Shown here one piece after another: positions 28,831 through 44,700 of a stretch of 64,000 bases of DNA (the first letter of the stretch is position 1; every line of letters begins with the position of its first letter). The notes under the pieces were generated by a model that was not told where the DNA came from, searched no databases, and was given only the letters and a program-made list of their open reading frames with translations. The stretch is from Eledone cirrhosa (Eukaryota), in contig OZ024740.1 of assembly GCA_964016885.1 (NCBI GenBank), positions 297,910,001-297,974,000 of the forward strand. Reading direction: 5' to 3'. A program made the position numbers and the translations under genes.

Positions 28831-29168
28831 CCATGATATTAAATAAATGAAAACTATATTTATAAAACCATATTTATTTTATTATACATATTTCAAGGGC
28901 AGCCAAGCCAACCTTGGTGCGCTTTCATCAGATAAAATACAAAGTTTGTTTTATAAATAAAGACGTACCCATGAAAATCATACCTTATCACTAAGGTTGG
29001 CTTGGTTGCCCTTGAAATATATATAATAAAATAAATATGGTTTTATAAATATAGTTTCCATTTATTTAATATCATGGAATATTTACTCCAGTAACTTGTT
29101 GAGTGCTCTAAATCAGTTATAAACATTTATGTTTGTCGGAATTCCAACAAATTAAATACAACTTCTAC
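28831..29168. mobile_element. Fold-back HHR element (arms 28831-28919 / 28989-29077) plus tail
   Basis: Inverted arms, with a complete HHR on the minus strand and only the 3' half on the plus strand. TTGAGTGCTC at 29099. Confidence 0.85.
28875..28939 (-). ncRNA. Type I hammerhead ribozyme
   Basis: Reads tattttat-CTGATGA-aagcgca ccaag gttgg cttgg ctgccctt-GAAA-TATGTA-TA-ataaaata. Confidence 0.88.
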
Positions 29169-29250
<82 letters not shown>

Positions 29251-29304
29251 CTGTGTGTGTAGCTTTATGTGTGCGTGTGTGTGCGTATATATATATATAT
29301 ATAT

Positions 29305-30006
29305 AAAACATAAGAAGAAAGAGGAATACTGCGTGGTTGAAGTATGTGAATACACATGGGTTACATATTATAAAATTAGTCCCTCGTCAGTGATTTGCCA
29401 ACCATCATTGGTATTTCATCGCATTAAAAATCATATACCTCAGGTTGGTGCGAGCAATAACTAAAAAAAGCTATTGGGACAAGTGAATCGCGTAAAGCGA
29501 GTGAGACAAGTAAACAACATAGAAGGATAAAAGCAAACCGAAGATAGGAAAAAAAACAAGCAACATGGTTATCCGGTCAGCATAAACTGGGTGAATTTCA
29601 TGAGCGATCAGAATACAGACCGTCCGACGTGAGTGAGATGTGAGCAAGAAAGGACCCCACTACTAACGAAACGGGAGGAAGTGAGAAGGGGAGAAACAGA
29701 GAGTGAGTGAGTGGAAGTGCGAGGAAGAGGTCAGTCGAGAGAAAGTGTAACTGACAGAGGGGGCGAAAGAAGGTGAGAGAAACAGAGAGAACGGGGGAGC
29801 AGTAAGAGAGAAAGAGAGAAACAGACAAACGCAGCCGAGTTAAATATGTATAAAAAACATGAGAAGAAAGAGGAATACTGCGTGGTTGCACATGGGTTAC
29901 ATATTATAAAATTAGTCCCTCGTCAGTGATTTGCCAACCATCATTGGTATTTCATCGCATTAAAAATCATATACCTCAGGATGGTGCGAGCAATAACTAA
30001 AAAAAG
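29305..30006 (-). mobile_element. Non-coding CU-rich element, ~1.3 tandem units (~540-bp period), in (TA)n
   Basis: 29305-29470 is repeated at 29854-30006. Confidence 0.8.
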
Positions 30007-30069
30007 ATATATATATATTTACAATATGGATTATAATTTTAAAACCTTTTTTTATTATCATGACTCTTA

Positions 30070-30260
30070 ATATTGTTTCTATTTTAGGCACAAGGCCAGA
30101 AAATTCCCCAGTACATTACTGGTACTTTATTTTATCGACCCCGTAAGGATGAAAGGCAAAGTTAACCTCGGCGGGATTTGAACTCAGATCATAAAGGGAC
30201 GTAACTCTATGCTTCAAAGCATGGTGTCCGACTCTCTACCGATACTGCCAATCCACCACT
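30070..30260 (-). mobile_element. tRNA-derived Meta-like SINE
   Basis: A-box TGGCAGTATCGG, B-box GAGTTCAAATCC and the shared core. Confidence 0.8.
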
Positions 30261-31469
30261 CTTAATATTGATAAGCATACACATTTCTAAATGACCCCAT
30301 ATATGTTTATGTATGTGACATTTTCACAAGTAACTCCAATACAATTGCTTTCAATCAGGGAAGTTGTATGTTGTGGTAGTAGTATATTAACACTACTGCC
30401 ACTAATACAACTACAGAGATCATAGAGTCCAAACACCCTTATATTCAGGGTATATACAGTTATTATTGTTGGTTGCTAAAAACAACCCTAACCAACTGAC
30501 CTGATTCCAGGACAACGGACCTAAGAAATTCAATAAACTTGTTATGGGAATGGTGAAACTTAATCTGACCTATGGGAAGGAGGTGAATTCTACTGATGCT
30601 TGAATTCATTCATTCTAAATCATATGCAACCAGTGGTTTGAGAAAACAATACCATACTTCAGCATTGACATGTAAAAAAAAATCGAAATAACAGAAGTAA
30701 ACTTTATTCCATCGTTATGTTTTTCTGTTTATTTCTGTTCAAATTCTAGCTGTCTGATGATGCCATAACTGTTGCATACTTTGGGAGGGTCATGTTACCA
30801 ATAAAAACATACGCACCTCCTGTTTTCACTTCAATTTTTTTATAAATTTCCGCTTGGTTGGTTGGTTAGATAACCGGAAGTTTGTTCATATATTGTCAAA
30901 GCTCTTATATATATATGTATGTATGTTGGTGGGAGCAGAGAAATGTATCTATTTCGTTTCCCCGTTTTCTTTTCTTTTCAAAGTTTGAAATTTAGCCATA
31001 TTTGATTAAAATGCATTAGGGTGTAAATAAAACGTAAACAACGATTGCATTGGGAAAATATATAAAATTATTTATGCAACTTTCACATCTTCTGTCAGGT
31101 TATTTACAGAGTCTAGTGGGGCAAATATTTTGTCGAATTTGGATGTTTGAGAATACAAAAATTAAAAAAAAATTACTCTCGAAATAGACAGTGTGTGATG
31201 TCCGATCTAAAGCTCCCTTACATACATCATACATGATGATGTCTGCAACTCGATTTCGAGTAATGCAATCGCTTGATACTTAAACATGAGCATCACGGAC
31301 GAGGTTTTTTAATCCTGCTAGGGACTTTCCTATGGCCAGCAATACCATGCATCGCAAAAAATGTCACATATCAAGCGATGTCTGTTCTTGAAACTTTTTC
31401 AAGCGAGGAAACTCTTTGTACGGGGCTAATCCCACACTCTGAACATCGAATGCATACATACATACATAC

Positions 31470-32765
31470 AAAAAATCTTGACCTTGTTACAACATTCTCA
31501 AAAGATATAGGAATGGAGTTTGGCCAAGATAAATGTTCATACATGACTGTAAAGCAGGGAATAACTACAACCCAATCTAGCTACATTTTTATCAATGGCC
31601 TAACTGTTTCACCGATATCTGATGAGGACTGCTACAGATACCTGGGGGTAGATGAGAATATATCCTATAATGGTATTTGTAATAAGTAACGTGGAACCAG
31701 GGAATACTACACCTGATTAAGAAAAATATGGTCATCGGAACTCTCTACGCACAATAAAATAGTTGCTCACAATGTGTTTGCTGTGCCTGTCCTAACACCA
31801 CCGTTTGGAATACTCAATTGGACGATAGACGAAATCCGAACAATTGATGTTAAAACACGAAAAATTCTAAACAACACCGGAAACTTCCACATCAACAGTG
31901 ACATAGACTGCTTCTACTTGAAACGTAAGCAGGGAAGAAGAGGCTTAACATCAGTCCAGACAGCATTTGAGTATCGCATCATATCCCTCCGACAACATCT
32001 ACGAACCTCGAAGCGTAGGAGCCCATCTCTTGAGCATGAGACAGATAAGATCATGAGAATTGGGAAGGAACTCCTGAAAGATACTGCCTGCATGATAATC
32101 AAAAGCTCACACCCAGGGAAGTCGCTCAACAGTATCGCAGTGAATCCATGGATGAAAAACTGCATGCTTATCAGCAAAAAATCATGCATGGATATGTTGC
32201 CAGGAAGCTCCAGAGTGAGAATAATATAGATAAACAAAGTAGTCTATCTTGGACCAACAACCGCTATATTGGCTCCCACTTTGAAGCATACGCTTTTGCA
32301 ATCCAAGAACAGGAAATTAACACGAAATACCTGATTCACAAAAGAGATAGGGATGCAGGCAAAACAGCTAGATGTGATAACAAGTGCAGACTCTTCAGAA
32401 CTAACATCGAAGATATCACCCATGTCATCAGCAGCTGTCCAAAGATGTCATCGCGGTACTATCTACCTATGAGGCATGATGTAGTGGCCAAAACACTGTA
32501 CAATGCAATCCGTAAAAAAGATAGCCCCGATAATAAACACATTAAAAGCTACAGCAATGTGGAAGACATCCATGTACATAATATGAAAGAGTACTGGTGG
32601 AATGTTCCAGTAAAAACCCCAATAAAATGCAGGCATAACAGACCAGATATCGTATGGGACAAGGAGAAGAAAGCATGCAGAGTAGTGGAAATTAGCTGCC
32701 CAGCAGATGCCAATATAATATCAAAGATTAGCGAAAAGGAAAATATCTATGCAAAACTAATGAGG
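31470..32765 (+). mobile_element. R4/Dong-clade LINE fragment (RT C-terminus, CCHC knuckle, restriction-like endonuclease) between (TACA)n tracts
   Basis: Motifs FSKDIGMEFGQDKC, YRYLGV, FAVPVL..FGILNW, CRL..EDITHVISSC..RHD and NRPDIV..VVEISCP, with stops and frameshifts. Confidence 0.85.
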
Positions 32766-33214
32766 ACGTACGTACATACATACATACATACATACATACA
32801 TACATACATACATACATACATACATACATACATAGATGGTGGCTGCCAACTCGTTTTCGAGTACGGCCACTACTTTATATCTATGTAGGAGAACCCCTAC
32901 CGATGCGCTGAACGAGTGTGACTTTTTAGTCCAGCCAGCAACTTGAAAACCCTGGTACAAACACTACACTTGTGACAATTATTGACACATAGTGCTGGGC
33001 CCATGGTACCATGTGACGACAAGTGCAGAGAGATCTCCAGATATAAAGCTATGCCTGTGTCGTGAAGCTTTTATAGTGAGCAAAGGCACTGCACAAAACC
33101 AGTCCCACTCTCTTAACCAAGATGATATTTACCAAAAAGAAGAACAAGTCAACATCATTGGATACCATCAGGGTTGCAGGTGTTTGTATCAGAGTTTTCA
33201 TTCTCCTAGAATTC

Positions 33215-33433
33215 TGCCTTGACAAAGGCTAAGGGGTCATCTCTCCCGGTGATTTTGGATGACCATTGACTCTTAAGAGCTCCTTTGCCCTTTGACAGGT
33301 TTTGTTTTTAGTCCTGCAGGATGTCCAAAGTCACCCTCCTCACCAAGAAACCTTGGTGGGGTTGCCAGTTTAGTCTACAACGACCCGACCATGGGACAGG
33401 TTGTACTGGAATACATGTTACCAGTAGTACCAA
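33215..33433 (+). repeat. Dispersed repeat ending at (TACA)n; second copy at ~39750-39985
   Basis: gtcctgcagg.tgtccaaa.tcacc.tcctcaccaag.aa.cttggtggggttgcc is shared between the two sites. Confidence 0.7.
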
Positions 33434-35329
33434 CATACATACATACATACATACATACATTATATTACATAACATCATTACATATTGTAAATCATAAAAT
33501 GTTTCATATTTCCATAAAACGAAAATAAACTGCTATAAAAAAAACAAAAGCAATTGAGATCGGGTGACAAAGGGAAAAAAACAAAACAAAAGAATGTGAG
33601 AAGTGGGTACTCAGTCATAATCTATAAAATACGCGAAAAGAAAAACTTAAAAACATTTTTTAAGGAAATCAGCCCTTGCGTTTTTATTGTTTTTGACAAT
33701 CTGAAATGATAAAAATAGTCAGAGAAAAAAATGAAACAAAAGAAAGTATAGAGAAATAAGACAAAAGAAAACAATACATTCCTATTTTATATCCCTTTCG
33801 TCTTACCTATAGTTGTTATATAATTTGTGATGGATTATTTAGTGGTGGTGTCATCAATCAACCTGCTAAAAATAGCTGCCAAATCAATTTCCACACAAAG
33901 ACAGCCATAGCTGGGATTATTTTATCCTTGACCCCTGCTTGTGTAGTTCTAAAACTAATTTTACATGATATGTCAAATGCTAAATGTGCTTACATGTAAA
34001 TGATTTATATTTTAAATAAAAATAAAACAGATAAAGTAGAAAATGAAAATATCTATAAAGAATTCAAAGTTTGAAAGCCACGACAATGAAGAAAGGACGA
34101 ATAAACAAATAAACAAGTGGGTTGAAACAAAAAATGTTTTTACCTTAATTTATTTATGTCTTGAAATTTCGAGATTAGTATCTCTTCTAATATCTATGAT
34201 CGATGGTTGGTGACATAGGCCAAAGTATCTCCTGTAAAATGTACATTAAATTACCTCAGTGTGAGTGTGTGTCCGTGAAACATATACACCAAGTCTGAAC
34301 ACAAAGGAACCAAACTCCCACAGTCACTGCCCCCGTCTCTCCCGCTCTCACCATCGCAATGATGGTTTCAAGACTTTAAACTTAAAACGTTCGTAACATT
34401 TTTTAATTAGTCATTACAAATGTTTCACAGATTCGGAGACTATAAGACACTGGTTATTAGCCCTAAATATTTGGGCAATTCTGAAATGTCCTTAAAATAA
34501 ACATCCTGTATCTTAAAGACTAGCCCTTCTCATCAGAGCCAAGAAATAATCCAACCTCTGACCCTCTACAAAGCTCAGGAAAGACCCACAACAGAGTACT
34601 GCTCCCACTTCTAGGATAGTGCTGCTGCCACAAATACAGGCACCCTAGACCACATCCAGTAAAAGGCTACTCCTCTGAGGACCTTCAAAGATCATAAGCA
34701 CAACCCCTTTATTCAGGCCTATGTACTCCTTCCACAAAAAGAATTGACACAAAAATATTTAATTGGAAGTGAAATGCATACCTTTTGAAGTGTGTATATA
34801 TGTATTTGTGTGTTTGTGCGTACGTACAAGGATGTTTAATCTTACGAATGTATGTACATATACATATTATCCTTGGGTATTTTTTTTATTGAAATAAATT
34901 TTGATGCACGATAAATTCAGAGTAATGAAAACGTTCCAAAGTAATGATAGTGAGAGTTTGTAGATAAACAAGGGGGAAAGAGAGATATATAGCAATAGAG
35001 AAAGGAAGGGGCTGTGACTTCAGTACAACAGCAGCGTCTATGGGGAAGTGATTTGTTAGTAAAGTTGTAGAAGAAGAAACTGGAGTGAGGCACAGTGAAG
35101 GAACGAAACGTTGTTACATAAAAGTGAGGGAGGAGAAGAAACGGATATAAACGAACACACACGGGCACATACACAAACACACACTCACACTAAATAAGGA
35201 CATTAGAAATGACTATTGAGATATAAAACCGGTCAGTTTACGAAGATTTTGGCCAAGTTTTAAAATCCGAAGTTTATTTGCTTTTTTTTATGAAAAGCTG
35301 TCACAATTATGTTCCCCTCTTGCTCACCT

Positions 35330-36145
35330 CTCGTACGGAACACCCAGCATACACAAAGCTGCTCCTCTTTACGCCAGCAGTCGAGGATGTTGCCAGCTCT
35401 GTCCTGTCGCCCTTCAACGTCTTGTACCTGGACGATGCGATGCTGGGTGGGTCGGCTGAGTCGGTAGTTAAGGACCTTCGGCTAATCATGCTAGCTCTAA
35501 ACCACCTCGGACTTGAGATCAACCCATCCAAGTCCCAGGTGTTAAACATTAGCTACAGTGAGGCCGAATTCCACGACGTCATACCAGTAGCGTGCAGAGA
35601 GGGGGCGACAGTGCGTGGCCCCGGGCATCCTTTGGAGAAAAGAACTTAATAAATTTGATTGATTTATATTAAAATCGAATAAAGCGTTTATTTCATGTTT
35701 CATCTGTGTTTATATATTCCCGTCTTTCCCGGGGTTCGGCTAACACCCAAAGACACTGCTTGCAATCTTGGTTCTCCAATTCTCTCGGAAGCCATACGAG
35801 AGTGTCTGGAAACCAAGAATGCAAACCTGTCGAAGATGACGGAGAGTTTGCGCCTCATTGATGCGCACCCAACGCTCTTCCTCCTGAGGAACTGATTCGC
35901 ATTTCTTAAATTCTTGTTCACGCTATGCAAGACGCCTTGTCATCCTCTCGCAGATCACCACGTTGAACTCGATGCCACCATCCGACGTTGTGTGGAACTC
36001 TTCTGCAATGTTAGTTTCGACAGCGCAGGCTGGCAACAGGCGAAGATCCCTGTGAGATTCAGTGGCCTCGGCCATCGATCCGCCTCGGATCTGGCACTAC
36101 CGGCCTATCTCTCCTCAATCTCCTCCAGTCTCACCCTCATCAGCT
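35330..36145 (+). mobile_element. CRE-clade LINE RT fragment, interrupted
   Basis: Motifs FNVLYLDDAMLGG, LGLEINPSK, LGSPI, LFLLRN and QQAKIPVRFSGLG..A..LALPAYLSS. Confidence 0.75.
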
Positions 36146-36256
36146 ATATACTATTTTTTTTTTTTTTTTTCGTAATTGTATCCTAGAAATATATTTGAGT
36201 ATTTTAAAAAAAATAATATATTAATAAAAAAAAAAACGAACAAAAAATGTATGTAA

Positions 36257-37117
36257 TCTATATATATAAAGCTGTGGTTGTCTGTCTGTCTATCGATTTT
36301 TGGCACACATCTCCTCTTAGAATCTCTGACGGAATTGCACCGAAATTGCTATACTTGTACATTGAGCCCTAGCGAAGACATCGGAAAAAACATTTCAAAT
36401 TGACCCACCCTATGTGACGAAATCGAATCTAATGTATCGATTTTTGAGCGTAAGTGACGAGTTATTTCCCTTTGTTCTATATATATAAAGCTGTGGTTGT
36501 CTGTCTGTCTATCGATTTTTGGCACACATCTCCTCTTAGAATCTCTGACGGAATTGCACCGAAATTGCTATACTTGTACATTGAGCCCTAGCGAAGACAT
36601 CGGAAAAAAAATATTTCAAATTGACCCACTCTATGTGACGAAATCGAATCTAATGTATCGATTTTTTAGCGTAAGTGACGAGTTATTTCCCTTTGTTCTG
36701 TTTACATTGAGCGTCTTAAAAAAATTACGCTGGCTTTCTCAGCGTTTAAAATGACATTAACACAATACACGAACAGTTGTCGAGCCAGCAAAATTTTGAC
36801 CTGCAAAATTCATCAGTTCGAACACTAAGCTTCCGTTTTGCTTCATTTCCATTTAAAAGCCTTTTAAAACAATATTTTTACTTGAAAACAAGTCTATTTA
36901 AAGACTACGTAAAACAAGCAAATATTTCGTAAAAAAAAGCAAAAATTATATAAGTTTATTTAAAATATATGTATCTGTAAATTTCGTTAGGCGTGCAGAC
37001 AGACAGTCGTGCAGACAGACAGTCGTGCAGACAGACTTTAAGCCAAAAAAGAAATTAACATTGTAACTTTAACACAGCTACTGAGCGACCCCGAGCAACG
37101 CCGGGCTTTACTGCTAG
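36257..37117 (+). mobile_element. Non-autonomous Helitron with a tandemly duplicated 219-bp 5' end
   Basis: Starts A|TCTATATATATAAA, repeated at 36476. It ends with the hairpin cccg agcaacg ccggg followed by CTAG|T, and no TSD is seen. Confidence 0.8.
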
Positions 37118-37513
37118 TTAACTATAAAATAGTTGAATTAGAACAGGTAAATGTTACATGAAGCTGGGGAAAGGTGGATAGAGATGTTTGTAGTCTGAAA
37201 ATCGGAAACGTGAATTCATGTTGTTGTTGTTGTTGTTGTTGTCAGTGGTGGTGGTGTCGGTGGCGGGGGTATCGGTGGTGGTAGTGTCGGTGGTTGTATC
37301 GGTGGTGGTGTTGGTGGTGGTGTCGATGATGGTGGAGGTAATGTCGGTGGTGGTATCGGTGGGGTGTTGGTGGTGGTGTTGGTGATGGCGCCTGTAGTGT
37401 CGGTGGTGATCTCGGAAGAGCAGTTATTGAATTTCTAATAAACATAATACAACTCTCCTTCTCGTATTGAGTACTCTATTTCTTTTGGCTTTTAATAATT
37501 TGTTGCACCAAAG

Positions 37514-38507
37514 CATACATACACACATTCATACACATTCATACACATACATATACACATTCATACACATACATATACACATTCATACACACATTCATAC
37601 ACATACATATACACATTCATACACATACATATACACATTCATACACATACATACACACATTCATACACATACATATACACATACATATACACATTCATAC
37701 ACATACATACACACATACATACACACATTCATACACATACATATACACATACATATACACATTCATACACATACATACACACATTCATACACATACATAT
37801 ACACATTCATACACATACATATACACATTCATACACATACATACACACATTCATACACATACATACACACATTCATACACATACATACACACATTCATAC
37901 ACATACATATACACATTCATACACATACATATACACATTCATACACATACATACACACATTCATACACATACATATACACATTCATACACATACATATAC
38001 ACATTCATACACATACATATACACATTCATACACATATATATACACACATCCATACACATACATACACACATTCATATACACATTCATACACATACATAT
38101 ACACATTCATACACATGCATATACACACATCCATACACATACATACACACATTCATACACATACGTACACACATTCATACACATTCATACACACATTCAT
38201 ACACATACATATACACATTCATACACATACATACACACATTGATACACATACATATACACATCCATACACATACATACACACATTCATACATATACGTAC
38301 ACACATACATACACACATCCATACACATACATACACACATTGATACACATACATACACACATACATACACACACTCATACACATACATACACACATTCAT
38401 ATACATACATATACACATTCATACACATACGTACATACATTGATACACATACATACACACATACATACACATACATACACATTCATACACATACATACAC
38501 ACACATT
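37514..38507. repeat. Degenerate (CATA/CACA/CATT) minisatellite
   Basis: Reiterated acacattcatacacatacat units. Confidence 0.9.
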
Positions 38508-38604
38508 TTGCGCGCCGCGTGTGTGCATGTATGTGTGTATGTATGTTTATGACGTGTGTGTATCAAAACTAGGCTGAAAAAATAATAATATTAATTAAAA
38601 TAAT

Positions 38605-38720
38605 TATTTCTACTTTAGGCACAAGGCCAGCAATTACCCAGCACATTACCGGTACTTTATTTTATCGACCCCGTAAGCAAAGCTAACCTCGGTGGGATTT
38701 GAACTCAGATCATAAAGGGA
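38605..38720 (-). mobile_element. Meta-like SINE, truncated
   Basis: Same core as 30070-30260. Confidence 0.75.
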
Positions 38721-39104
38721 TTAAAATAATGTAAGTCAGACCGGATTATCCAAGTGGAATTAATTTTTTGGGTGCTACTTTGTAGGCTTGTCAATCTATT
38801 TTACTATTTCAAAGTATTAAACTAATTACACTTTAATGAAGCCTAATTATTATATTTATAAGATCAATTAAACCGATCAGATTATTACTAATGTATTATT
38901 GACTCTGTAACGCCAAGTAGTACATCAAATCGAGATATTATAACAGGTAAGTGATTTCGTTTTCCTTTTATTGCTGTCCAGCTTCTGCATTAACCTTATA
39001 CCGTCAATTGAAACAGGTGGAGTTACACTGGAGGAACAACAAACGGCCCGATGGCCTCACGATTTTTTTAATTTTGTCTAGCGTGTAATTATACCTTATA
39101 CCAT

Positions 39105-39680
<576 letters not shown>

Positions 39681-40402
39681 AAGATCAACATCATCGGTAA
39701 CCACTGAGCCGCAGGTTTTATATCGGAGTTATCCCAGTTTCCTGAGTTGCCTTCTCCTAGAAAAATGCCCTGTCAAAGGCTAGGGGTCCTTCACTCTCAG
39801 TGGTTTAACCGTGCGGTACATGTGTATTTACATATTTACACAATTTCGGATGGCCGTTGACTCTTATAAGTTCTTCACCCTTTGCCAGGTTTTGTTTTTT
39901 GTCCTGCAGGGTGTCCAAAATCACCGTCCTCACCAAGTAAACTTGGTGGGGTTGCCGGTTTAGTCACCAACGACCCGACCATGCGAAATATATACATATA
40001 TATACATGCATACATACATATATGCATACATACATATATATGCATGCATACATACGTACGTACATACATACATACATACATACATACATACATACATACA
40101 TACATACACACATATATGCATGCATGCATTCATACATACGTACGTACTACATACATACATACATACATACATACATACATACATACATACATACATACAT
40201 ACATACATCTCTCTCTACTGGGAAAAAATTTGTGAAATTATAAAACCAGAAGAACATACATACATGCATACATACATATATGCATGCATACGTACGTACA
40301 TACATACATACATACATACACATTGATTTAACCTTTTACAACCTTGCCACCAGGAAAGTGGCCGGTCAAAAAAAATATACTCGAAATTAAGAGAAAGAGA
40401 AA

Positions 40403-40434
<32 letters not shown>

Positions 40435-41389
40435 GCATGCATAAATACATACATACGTACATATGTACATACATACATATATGCATGCATACGTACATAC
40501 ATACATACATGCATGCATGCATACATACATACATACATACATACATACATACATACATACATACATACATACATACATACATACATACATACATACATAC
40601 ATACATACATACACGATACTGTTGTTTTTGCTTCTTGGATTAATTTTTAAATATTTTTTAAGCTGTGTGTAAAGTAGGTACAGTAATATATTTTCCCGTT
40701 ATAGAAAAAAAATACATATGTCACACTGGTTATTTTTTATATGCAGTTAGCCCCTGTTTGAGTTGTTCTTAATCTAATATTGTGCAGTAACTTTATATTT
40801 TTTAGTCAAATACTACATGAGCTTACTCTCATGTTTCGAATAATTCCCCCACCACCACTTCCCCGCTTATTAATTTTTCAAATTTTTCCACTCCTCCACC
40901 CCGCTCTTATTCTACAACACACCGCAGTCCCAGCTTATCAAATTTTGCTAATCTATCTCCAGCGAAATTTTATTTTAAGTGGTAGCATTCCTGCGACAAT
41001 TAATTTTCTTTAAACGTAAAAAAAAAAAATATTATACATGACAAAAAGAAGAAAACCCGTACGTTATAAAATAAATAGGATCGGTTGGGATCTGAACATG
41101 TACACTAAACGACTAAGTTTTGTTTTTTCAAAAATCAACGGAGACAGCCCTCCCTCCCCCCTCCACCCCCTCGCTTATTCCAACCCCTCCTCTTATTTGG
41201 ATCCGAGAGTACATGGTAGATAATAGGTAAAAGTCTGGAAACACCCATAAAATGTTTAAAATAGTTATTGCAAATGTTTCTCACACAGAGAATATCAAAC
41301 ACTGGATCATGATACATTCCTCAAATATGCGTGTATATACGAAATTTTTTATTTAATATGCGTGAACATATTAGGCGATGAATTGGCAG

Positions 41390-41555
41390 GGTCGTTAGAA
41401 CGTCGACTAGAATACCTTGCAGTATTTGTTTCAGCTCTCTGTTCTCTGAGTTCAGATCCCGCCGTGGTCAGCTTTGCCTTTCATCCTCTCGAGGTCTATA
41501 AGAAAAAAGTGCTAATCTACTACTGGGGTGGACTCTTCCTCTATATCTCTTTCTC

Positions 41556-41594
<39 letters not shown>

Positions 41595-41750
41595 ATCTCT
41601 CTCTCTCACTTTCTATCTTTCTCTGGAAGAAATCTGGTGTACTCAGGCTTTGTGAGGGATCGGCTCCGCCAGGCTTGAAAGTGACCAAGAAACGCCGCAT
41701 GTCAATATGGCGCCCCTACGATTCTCTCAGGAGTTACGGGACCATACCAT
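41390..41750 (+). mobile_element. Meta-like SINE, long-tail subfamily, with an internal (CT)n
   Basis: Homologous to the inverted copy at 15695-15995. Confidence 0.7.
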
Positions 41751-41751
41751 A

Positions 41752-44700
41752 TGTAAACATATTATGTCAACTATATTTTATAGACAGAATTTATACAATG
41801 ATGGAAATATTTTGTTATCTGTTATATATAAACATATTATGTCAACTATATTTTATAGACAGAATTTATACAATGATGGAAATATTTTGTTATCTGTTAT
41901 ATATAAACATATTATGTCAATTATATTTTATAGACAGAATTTATACAATGATGGAAATATTTTGTTATCTGTTATATATAAACATATTATGTCAACTATA
42001 TTTTATAGACAGAATTTATACAATGATGGAAATATTTTGTTATCTGTTATATATAAACATATTATGTCAACTATATTTTATAGACAGAATTTATACAATG
42101 ATGGAAATATTTTGTTATCTGTTATATATAAACATATTATGTCAATTATATTTTATAGACAGAATTTATACAATGATGGAAATATTTTGTTATCTGTTAT
42201 ATATAAACATATTATGTCAAATATATTTTATAGACAGAATTTATACAATGATGGAAATATTTTGTTATCTGTTATATATAAACATATTATGTCAATTATA
42301 TTTTATAGACAGAATTTATACAATGATGGAAATATTTTGTTATCTGTTATATATAAACATATTATGTCAACTATATTTTATAGACAGAATTTATACAATG
42401 ATGGAAATATTTTGTTATCTGTTATATATAAACATATTATGTCAATTATATTTTATAGACAGAATTTATACAATGATGGAAATATTTTGTTATCTGTTAT
42501 ATATAAACATATTATGTCAACTATATTTTATAGACAGAATTTATACAATGATGGAAATATTTTGTTATCTGTTATATATAAACATATTATGTCAACTATA
42601 TTTTATAGACAGAATTTATACAATGATGGAAATATTTTGTTATCTGTTATATATAAACATATTATGTCAATTATATTTTATAGATAGAATTTATACAATG
42701 ATGGAAATATTTTGTTATCTGTTATATATAAACATATTATGTCAAATATATTTTATAGACAGAATTTATACAATGATGGAAATATTTTGTTATCTGTTAT
42801 ATATAAACATATTATGTCAACTATATTTTATAGACAGAATTTATACAATGATAGAAATATTTTGTTATCTGTTATATATAAACATATTATGTCAACTATA
42901 TTTTATAGACAGAATTTATACAATGATGGAAATATTTTGTTATTTGTTATATATAAACATATTATGTCAACTATATTTTATAGACAGAAGTTATACAATG
43001 ATGGAAATATTTTGTTATCTGTTATATATAAACATATTATGTCAACTATATTTTATAGACAGAATTTATACAATGATGGAAATATTTTGTTATTTGTTAT
43101 ATATAAACATATTATGTCAACTATATTTTATAGACAGAATTTATACAATGATGGAAATATTTTGTTATCTGTTATATATAAACATATTATGTCAACTATA
43201 TTTTATAGACAGAATTTATACAATGATGGAAATATTTTGTTATTTGTTATATATAAACATATTATGTCAATTATATTTTATAGACAGAATTTATACAATG
43301 ATGAAAATATTTTGTAATCTGTTATATATAAACATATGTCAACTATATTTTATAGACAGAATTTATACAATGATGGAAATATTTTGTTATCTGTTTTATA
43401 TAAACATATTATGTCAACTATATTTTATAGACAGAATTTATACAATGATGGAAATATTTTGTTATTTGTTATATATAAACATATTATGTCAACTATATTT
43501 TATAGACAGAATTTATACAATGATGGAAATATTTTGTTATCTGTTATATATAAACATATTATGTCAACTATATTTTATAGACAGAATTTATACAATGATG
43601 GAAATATTTTGTTATCTGTTATATATAAACATATTATGTCAACTATATTTTATAGACAAAATTTATACAATGATGGAAATATTTTGTTATCTGTTATATA
43701 TAAACATATGTCAACTATATTTTATAGACAGAATTTATACAATGATGGAAATATTTTGTTATCTGTTATATATAAACATATTATGTCAAATATATTTTAT
43801 AGACAGAATTTATACAATGATGGAAATATTTTGTTATCTGTTATATATAAACATATTATGTCAACTATATTTTATAGACAAAATGTATACAATGATGGAA
43901 ATATTTTGTTATCTGTTATATATAAACATATTATGTCAACTATATTTTATAGACAGAAGTTATACAATGATGGAAATATTTTGTTATCTGTTATATATAA
44001 ACATATTATGTCAAATATATTTTATAGACAGAATTTATACAATGATGGAAATATTTTGTTATCTGTTATATATAAACATATTATGTCAACTATATTTTAT
44101 AGACAAAATGTATACAATGATGGAAATATTTTGTTATCTGTTATATATAAACATATGTCAACTATATTTTATAGACAGAATTTATACAATGATGGAAATA
44201 TTTTGATATCTGTTTTATATAAACATATTATGTCAACTATATTTTATAGACAGAATTTATACAATGATGGAAATATTTTGTTATTTGTTATATATAAACA
44301 TATTATATCAACTATATTTTATAGACAGAATTTATACAATGATGGAAATATTTTGTTATCTGTTATATATAAACATATTATGTCAACTATATTTTATAGA
44401 CAGAATTTATACAATGATGGAAATATTTTGTTATCTGTTATATATAAACATATTATGTCAACTATATTTTATAGACAGAATTTATACAATGATGGAAATA
44501 TTTTGTTATCTGTTATATATAAACATATTATGTCAACTATATTTTATAGACAAAATTTATACAATGATGGAAATATTTTGTTATCTGTTATATATAAACA
44601 TATGTCAACTATATTTTATAGACAGAATTTATACAATGATGGAAATATTTTGTTATCTGTTATATATAAACATATTATGTCAACTATATTTTATCGACAG

